Below are positions 56,501-64,000 of a stretch of 64,000 nucleotides of DNA, piece by piece. The number at the start of each line of letters is the position of its first letter. The first letter of the stretch is position 1. The notes beneath the pieces are model-generated. The model saw nothing but the letters and a program-made list of their open reading frames with translations, did not search any database and had not been told where the DNA came from. The DNA comes from Neocallimastix sp. 'constans' (taxonomy: Eukaryota): positions 186,001 to 250,000 of the forward strand of contig JBODTK010000136.1 of the NCBI GenBank assembly GCA_050613775.1, in the 5' to 3' direction. Position numbers and translations under genes: made by a program.

Positions 56501-56604
56501 TCATTTGATGGTCCATTTTTTTCATTAATTTTTTTAACAACTTTTTTCGAATTTATAGATCTTTTATTTACAAGATCTACTGATAAATTATCTTGTGAAG
56601 ACAT
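53524..56604 (-). CDS. Uncharacterised coiled-coil protein (1026 aa) with N-terminal 11-aa tandem repeats
   Basis: Long single ORF in very AT-rich DNA, ATG in an A-rich context, heptad-like E/K/L-rich central region and a Ser/His-rich C-terminus. Confidence 0.8.
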   Translation of the reverse strand: MSSQDNLSVDLVNKRSINSKKVVKKINEKNGPSNDDIETTASQVLGSKTGSINNLQGSKLGSINNLQGSKLGSINNLQGSKLGSINNLQGSKLGSINNLQGSKLGSKNNLQGRKFGNRNNIIGSNNNIDHNDENSVRDSNIINYKVGQVSTMTSDDIEKILGDKERLLGELYTSELENDRLIEENQILKEKIDEQKQTISKLLISNNENGITIPSTSQNNDSVNNYENNEEKLYKKIESLEDANEQLKGQNEELLNVIQNSEEEIERLGTELRSVKSSSKVELSKTKIENNKLKSSIEELENKIESMVSLEKENEILKSSLETLERKNDSLVKIERENSKIRSSLGSIDDKDRIIDTLQNDNQELKLSLESVKDEIIKINQKDKEIELLQRENDILRHENEELILTNNKLQTTVNELTVNMKQAEELTQDDIKVISTDQSNTNIKINSHSSISSPNGTIKEEVNPSTKEEIADNISNISGSKNFSVCSSSISLLKCSVPELIKEIKDLKKCVYYINKQKKDLEKKLQEALSNNNNKEQKSDDNCPPINNNPNENSINENINPSLSEEQNTNNGQNSINEDVNNNNKAYTLQELQGIIEGIDKEIINTRKIKEQFNEQENSIIDLKRELLKYGKNKEERVRNIGRVLNNNFTNNMESMNNMDSNININESNSERNESNNKLNTLNEESDSIDNIYFKVKLHDDKLKLHSQLSNAKKTIHQLKKLCDGLSTELENYRNNNESEYSTSFSIDVQNNHPSRTSKRHHSHSRNRTYDKRSLSLGRNFGKTNTISSTNSNSNSTSKNNSNYNIYINDNTSSTTSNTNGNISISGSGTSSSNKNSNSIYDSMSYYSGSHGYTENTSLISGTSLTPSSISKEKSNYGRSDRSKSCTNKYYDNKTSDYMMLVNDRDKEKKNRLNRDLNSLHKKFQDLLKSYQNIKSEQDAISNELINTSNYSTNDIPLNKKEHHHSHSCSRHRKPYEKYDSTSTRGRSQSPCKRKSLSNEKDNISNGHLRSCSTHTNGIKVEVYT
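56239..56469 (-). repeat. Coding 33-bp tandem repeat (GSKLGSINNLQ), 6 copies plus 1 degenerate
   Basis: Read directly in both the DNA and the translation. Confidence 0.95.
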
Positions 56605-56941
56605 GTACTTTTATTATATATAATAATAATAATTCAAACTAATATAATTTTTGAAAATAAAAAAATAAATATATTATACAAAAATTAAAGTTAATATTTT
56701 ATAATGATTATATATGTATTTATTTATTTTTTTTATTTTTAATATTTTTTTCTTTTTATTTGTCTTTATAATGATTTGAATATTAAAATATTTATTAATT
56801 TTTAAGTAATATTATGAGGTATTTCTAAATATATATTCCATATATATAAATGGAAACGATTTAATATATTTACTTACATGTTTTTTTTCACAAATTATAA
56901 TTTATATTTTTTAATCAAAAGAGGAAAAATAAAGATGTAAA

Positions 56942-56992
<51 letters not shown>

Positions 56993-57011
56993 AAAATAAA
57001 TTATATAGATT

Positions 57012-57052
<41 letters not shown>

Positions 57053-59093
57053 AAAAATGAGATATTAAAAAACGAAATAAATATAGATATTGTCTTTAAT
57101 TAAGAAAATATTATAAAAAAATTTATATATTAAACTATTAACTATTATTTAAATAATAATAATAGTAATTATTATATAAATTCTTAATTAGTAATATAAA
57201 TAACATCTATTATTTTTATAGAGAGTGTGAGAAGAAATATGAAAATTGTAACATAAAAATTTATAATTTAAAATTATTAAACTGTTTTTATCATTTATTT
57301 AAACTAATAATATAGTTTATAAGATTTAAATTATTTTTTTTTAAAAAAAAATATTATTTTAAGCTATTATATAATCTTTATTCTAATAATATTTAAAACT
57401 TTTTAGATATGAAAATTACTATAATAGATAATCATGCTTTTTTATGGTTTAAGCAATTTATTAAAAATTAAAATTTAAAAAAATATTTGTATAAATAGAA
57501 ACATTTTATTAAATTATTTTCAAAAGTAAAAAATTACAAAAAAAAATTTTTTTTCATTTAAAATAAAAAATATCATTGTAAGAAAAAGTAATGAAATTTT
57601 GATTAAATTATGATTAAAATAATTATTAATGGATTAAAAAATGTCTTACTAATAATAATATTATTATATACAAAAAAGATTTGGTTTTATATAATATTGC
57701 ATATATTTTTATTACTAAATAATTCATTAATAAATGATTTATTAAATTATTTTTAAATAAATAAATAAATATTTAATTAAGTATATGAATGAAGAATTAA
57801 TTATAAATATATATGTATACATATATATTTTTGTATATACATTCTTTCATAAGATTAATTCAATAAATTCCAAATTCATGTCAAATTTCTATAAAATTAT
57901 AACACTTTTTTAATCTATAACAATATAGGTAAAGTTTTATTAATTTTATATATAATATTAAATTCTTTATTAATTATCAATTTATTTTTTATATTATTTT
58001 TTTTAAAAGAAATACACAATAGTTATTTTAAAATAAAACAATAAAATTTATTAATTAAATCTAATACTATGAATTTTTTTTACTATATGATATTTAATAT
58101 AATAAATATATAATATAAATATGGAATTGGTAATCTCTTAATAGAAAAAGTTGTAAAAATATATTAATATTTATTATAAATAAATATTAGTATAGAATAT
58201 TTTAAAATCAAAGTATGATTATTAAATATAAATTTAATTAAAAAGTTTTAGATATTTTAAAAATTTTGGTTAAATATACATAATTAATGCTTGCTATTAT
58301 TGTTTATATTTAAAATAATAAATAATAATAAAAATAGTTATTTACTATTTGATTATTATAATATATATATTTAACATTTAAATTAATTATATGAATATAA
58401 TTTTTATTTCTTATTTTTTTTATAATATATAATGAATATTTATAGTTAAATAATAATTTTAATACATAATAATGCTTAAATAAACAAATAACATGTAGAA
58501 CTATTAATAAAAGAATAAAATTGTATAATTTTATTATTATTTATATTTATATATAAATTATTATAATTATATATTATTAATATATTGAGAATCCAATGAC
58601 TTAGAAATAAGTGATTTTTTTTTAATTGATAATTTATAGAAAATAATTCTTTAATACATTATTATTTAAAACAAAAACGTTGCACAATAACAGGTAGATT
58701 AAAAATTTATATATTCTTTCATTAAATATATTTTAATTAATATCACATTTAATATAAAAAAAATTAGAAATATATTCATATTCTTAAAGATGAAATATTT
58801 TAATTTTGGTATTTTAAAGTAATTTGAACTATATTAAAAAAAAAAAATTAAAGTAATAATATTAAATTATTTAGGAAATTTTCTTATAACTTTATTTATT
58901 ATAAAAATATATTAATTTGAATAATTAAGATTCACTTATAATTACGGGAAAATTTTTATTGATTATACTTTTAAAACAATAAATAAGATGTATTAAAATT
59001 TATTCAGATTTCACTAAATATTATTATAGATTTAGAAAAAATATGAAAATTTGTAAATTATAATTTTTAAAAAATAATCAAATAATCATTAAA

Positions 59094-62000
59094 ATGAATA
59101 AAAATCAAAACTTATCTATCGAATCATTACCTAAAGATAATATGGATGAAATTTTATCAGATATTGGTAAATATTAAAAAATAATATTATATAAATAAAA
59201 AAAGAATAAAATAGTTAACAATATTTATTAATATTATTATTTTGAATAACTAATAATTATGAAAAAATTAATAAAAACTTCTATGCCATTAACGATTTAT
59301 TACATGTACTTAAATTTATATATATATATATAAATATTTTATGTAATATTTTTTATCTTCATAAGATAACATAAATATGGAATTATGTGAATCTATATCA
59401 TTTCCTGGTATAATTTTAATATAAATGATTGAATATTTAAATAAAAGAAATGATATTTTATATTGATTGATTTATTATTATACTATATAAAATATTTAAA
59501 TATATTATAGATAATTTTCCATCAACATTCGATAGTAGTATTTCATCATCATATAATATTGATAAAATAAAAAATGATATAAATAATAAATTTCAAGATA
59601 CTAATAGAGATAATATTTTCATTAATAAAATATATAATATACTAAATAAAAAAAAGGATAATGATAATGACAAAGATCAACTTGAATTAAATAATGATAA
59701 ACCAGTAATTTCTGTTGATCTAAATAATAGTCTTATTGGATGTAATAATAGTAATACTAATTTGGTTAAAAATAGTATATCAATACAAAGCTCAATCATC
59801 GATGATATTAATGAAGAAATTTCAGACTTTTCATATAGTAATATAAATAGTGAGTTAATAAGTAATTCAAATAATTCAAATAATGATCAAAATAATGTTA
59901 TAGTTAATAAAATTGACACTAAAAATCATTATAATATACATTTATCTAAAGATAACCAAAATAAGGATAGTATAAATAGTAATCAAAATAAAAATAATAT
60001 TTCAAATAAATTAAAAAATATATATAGCCATAATATTCAACAAAATATTTTTGATTTAAATAAATTAAAAACATTTAATACAAGTAATTCATTGAATTCA
60101 TTAACGAATGATAGTGTAGTAATGAAAACTAATACCATTGATGAAAATAAGGAAAGAAAGGCAGATCAATTAGTTATATATATTAATAAATTGAAAAAAC
60201 TAGAATCTATTATTAAAGAGTTGGAATTAAACAATAAAGAATACAAGAAAAAGAATAATTATATTAAAACAAGATTTTTATCATTAAAAGAAAAGAACAA
60301 AAATTTAGAAGAGAATTTAGAACAAAGTAAAAAGAAGAATGATGAAAATTCAAAAAAAATCGAGTTATTACTTTTGAAAAATGAAAGCTTTCAAAAAAAC
60401 GAACAAAATTTTATTGAAACTAATAATAAAAATACTTTATTGATAAAAGATTTAAATAATAAAATATCAAAATATACAAATAAAATTAAAGAGTTTAAAT
60501 GTAAAGAAATCGAATTAAATAAAAATATTTCAGTAATGGAAAACCAAATTGAAAATTATGAAAATATATTACAGTCAACTAAAGAAAAAAATAAGCAACT
60601 ACAAGATAGCTTGGAAAATGCAGAAATTAATATTAATTCTATAAATATTAATAATGATAAAATAAAGAATCACATGAAGAAATTAATTGAAGAAAATGAG
60701 TTCCTTACAACAAATAATGATTCTCTTCAAAAGGAAATATCTAATATTAAAAATTCTTTTAATATAATAACTGATGAGAATAACAACTTAAAAGAAAAAA
60801 TTGTTCAAAATGACAAAGAGGCTAAAAACTTTAAAAATATGATAAATAAAATTGAAAAAGAATCATTATCATTAAATAAAATTATTTCTGATTTAACTAA
60901 TGATAAAAAAGCATTAACAGAAGAGTATAATCAATTGAAGGAAGATTGTACAATAATAAAAAATAATTATAGTAATGTATTAATAACTAAAGATGAGTTG
61001 GAAGAATCTATTAAAATATTACAAAAAGAGTTAGATAATTCAAATATTAAAGGAGAAGAATTAAATAACAAATCAATAAAATTGGCAGAATTAAATTACA
61101 ATTTAGAATTAAAAAATAAAAAATTAGATGGTGAATTAAATATACTTGTTAAAGATAATAAGAAATTAAAAAATAATATAGTAAAGTTGGAAGGTAATAT
61201 ATCTGAAATTGAATCTGAAAATCGAGATTTAAAATTCAAAATATCAGATATAGAATCTTTTAATTATTGTCTTGAACTTGAAAAACAAGAAGTTGAAAGA
61301 CAAATAAAGTATTTAAAAATTCATTATAATATTAATTCAAATGAAATAGAAAACTTAGAAGAAGAAAATAATAATATTAATATTAAATATATGGAAACAA
61401 TAAAAAATCTTCAATCTAAAAATAATGCTCTAAAAAAAACAAATCTATCATTAACTCATTCAAATAACGATTTAAAAAGAAAATTATTAAATTTAAATAG
61501 TATAGATTTAAAAGTAAATAGTAATGATAATTATATAAATAATAATTTACGTCATTGTCGCTCAAAATCTTTAGATAGCTGTTTATATAGTAATAAATAT
61601 ACTAATACATCAGAGAATTCAATTTGCAAAGGCAAATCGAATCAAGATTTAGTAAATAGTATTAAAAGTTTAAAAGCTCTTTTTAAGAACTTTTTAAGGG
61701 TTGAAATGCAAAACCTTAGTTTTAATAAATATGAAAAGGAACATAAACGTGTAACAGCTGAATCAGAGACTATTAACTTAAGAATTAACTATATTGAAAC
61801 TATATTATCTCAATTTAAAAAAGACTATAATTCTAATAAGAAAAACAAAAAAGAATTGATTTCAAATTTATACAAAAAATTTGATAATGTTTTTCAATCA
61901 TTGAAAGAAAAAAATAATAGCAACTTTAAATTTACAAATATTATATTTAATGATTATAATAAATTATATGAAAAATTTAAAGAATTTATACAGGTATTTC

Positions 62001-62758
62001 ATGAAATATTTAATTTATGCGATGAATATATTCTGTTCGGAAATTCTGATGGCATGAATAATAATAACAATATAAGAAGTAATAATTCAAATGATTTTTC
62101 AATTCAGTTAAAAAATCTTGAGAATGAACATGAAATATTAAAGAATGAATACGAAAATTATAAATCGAAGATGAATAATGATATAAAAGATAAAAAATTA
62201 AAAATTAAAAATCAATTAAAAGAAATAAAGAAATTAAAAAAAGGTTATATTTCTCAAAAATATATAATAAATAATTTAAAAACAACCCTTAAAGATTTTA
62301 AAAAAAATAATAGTATTAATTTACATACTAATAATTCAAATATAAATGGTAATGTTGAAATAAAGAATGATTCAGAAAAAAAAAATTCAAATGAATATGA
62401 AAATGTTATTAAAATAAAAGATGAAGAAATTGATCGGCTTCAAAAATTATGTAATTCAATCACAATGAAAGAAGCTGAGAATGTTAAAGTATTATTAAAT
62501 AAAATAAGACGAATAAAATTAGAAATAAAAAATAAAGAGAAAATAATTAATGCTCAAAAAGAAAAAATGGATAAGTATAATAAAAATATTGCTTTAAGAG
62601 AAAAAGAAAAAGAACAAAAAAATACTGAATTACAATTTGTGTATTCTCAATTAAATGATTTAATAAATTCATATAAACTCTTAAAACAGGAAAGAGATAC
62701 TCTAGCTGAGGAACTTTCATTAACTACTTCAAAATTAAATGCAATTAAATCTAAATAA
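59094..62758 (+). CDS. Uncharacterised long coiled-coil protein, 2 exons (~1106 aa)
   Basis: Exon 1 59094-59166 (MNKNQNLSIESLPKDNMDEILSDI), GT-AG intron 59167-59510, exon 2 59511-62758. Exon 2 is open and in frame with the 59762 ORF. N/K/E-rich heptads. Confidence 0.75.
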
Positions 62759-63640
62759 AAAATTATCATTAAAATTTCAATTCTAATATAAATGGAAGAT
62801 ATAATTTCATTTTATAATTTTTGTTATTAAATAAAAATTAATTTGTTCCTTTCATATTTTTTATATATAATCAACAATTAATTTTAAAATTTTTTTTCAT
62901 TTTTCATTTCTTTTAATAATAAGTATAATTTAATTGTTCATTTAAATAATTTTATTAATAATATCAATTCAATATATTTTTTTTATTGTTTTTTAATATA
63001 CTAATATTATTCATATTTTATATATATGTATGTTTTTTCTTTTTACTATATTTGTACTATTAATTACTTGAAAGTCGGAAAGAAGAAATATAAAGCAAAT
63101 ATTTTTAATAAAATATATAAAATATATGATATAATCAATTGATTTTTTTTTTTGACTTCTTTATAATAATTTTATATTTTGTTTTTATATTTTTATATTT
63201 ATAATTTTTCTATTATTATGAATTAATTTTTTATTAATATTTTATTTATTTATTTTTATTTTTATATATTTATTTTTAAAGAATTATTAATTATTAAAAT
63301 AATTAAAAATTATTATTATATGTGTGATTAAAATTAAATAAAACTTACTTTATATAAGAAATAATTATTAAATATATATATATATATTAATTAATTCAAA
63401 ATATAAAATTTTAAAAAAAATAATAATAACCAAGTTTATAAAATTCAAAAAATAAAATTTTAAAATTTTAAAATGGGAAGTCTCATTGTTTTTATTTTTT
63501 TATTAATATTTTATTTATTTATTTTTATTTTAAAGTAATTATTTTTAAAATATTATTAATTATAAAAATAATTAAAAATTATTATTTTTTTTTTTAATTA
63601 TTATATATATATATAATATATATATTTTATAAATATCTTA

Positions 63641-64000
63641 TTATATACTCATTTGAGATAAAAGTTTTGTACATATTTTTTTATAATTCCATACACCACC
63701 ATAAAGTCTTTTAAAATGTAATCCATATGAAGCTAATCTTGGAATATGACAAATTTCAATTTGGAATCTTAAATTATTTTTATTCTTTTTACCATTTTTT
63801 CCATCCGAATCATCAATATCTCTTTCATGATTGTTTCCATTTGGTGGTGTTGATAATAATGATCCACTATCATTTTGATCAAGAAAATCATTAACATCTA
63901 GGCACTCGCATTCAAAGGTACTATTACCATCATAATAATGTGGAATATTATTGACCTGAAGAACACGAGTGATTTCATATATTATTTCTTGTAAAGGTTT
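63641..64000 (-). CDS. C-terminal KA1 domain of a MARK/PAR-1/Kin1-family kinase (partial; the gene continues beyond the window)
   Basis: An open minus-strand frame reads KPLQEIIYEITRVLQVNNI...LRFQIEICHIPRLASYGLHFKRLYGGVWNYKKICTKLLSQMSI*, a typical KA1 signature. Confidence 0.88.
   Translation of the reverse strand, partial: KPLQEIIYEITRVLQVNNIPHYYDGNSTFECECLDVNDFLDQNDSGSLLSTPPNGNNHERDIDDSDGKNGKKNKNNLRFQIEICHIPRLASYGLHFKRLYGGVWNYKKICTKLLSQMSI

Noticed and set aside
63230..63590. Loose direct repeat between the convergent 3' ends of the coiled-coil and kinase genes
   Set aside because: Almost pure A/T low-complexity sequence, so the similarity carries little information.

Overview
Eukaryotic, extremely AT-rich, intron-rich genomic DNA. 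The composition, microsatellite-filled introns, Asn/Lys-rich proteins, axonemal dynein and Puf2-type PUF gene suggest a zoosporic fungus such as an anaerobic gut fungus (Neocallimastigomycota); this is an inference. Bases 1-7540 hold a same-strand cluster of non-LTR (LINE-like) retrotransposon pieces. The cluster ends in a near-complete element (~2020-7537: RRM-like domain, APE endonuclease, RT with FADD, CCHC knuckle) flanked by (AAT)n and carrying a GC-rich, multi-stem, probably pseudoknotted 5' leader. Host genes follow: a greatly expanded CEP131/AZI1 homolog (19 exons, ~2644 aa, minus); a DNAH6-like axonemal dynein heavy chain (11 exons, ~4742 aa, minus); eIF1/SUI1 (5 exons, two of them micro-exons, poor AUG context, minus); a Jsn1/Puf2-like RRM-PUF gene (minus); two unknown coiled-coil genes, one with tau-like KXGS repeats; and the KA1-domain end of a MARK/Kin1-type kinase at the right edge. 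Gene models were spliced by hand from GT-AG sites and reading phase. No rRNA, tRNA or CRISPR array was seen. The best novelty candidates are the structured 5' RNA of the (AAT)n-associated LINE and the KXGS-repeat coiled-coil protein.
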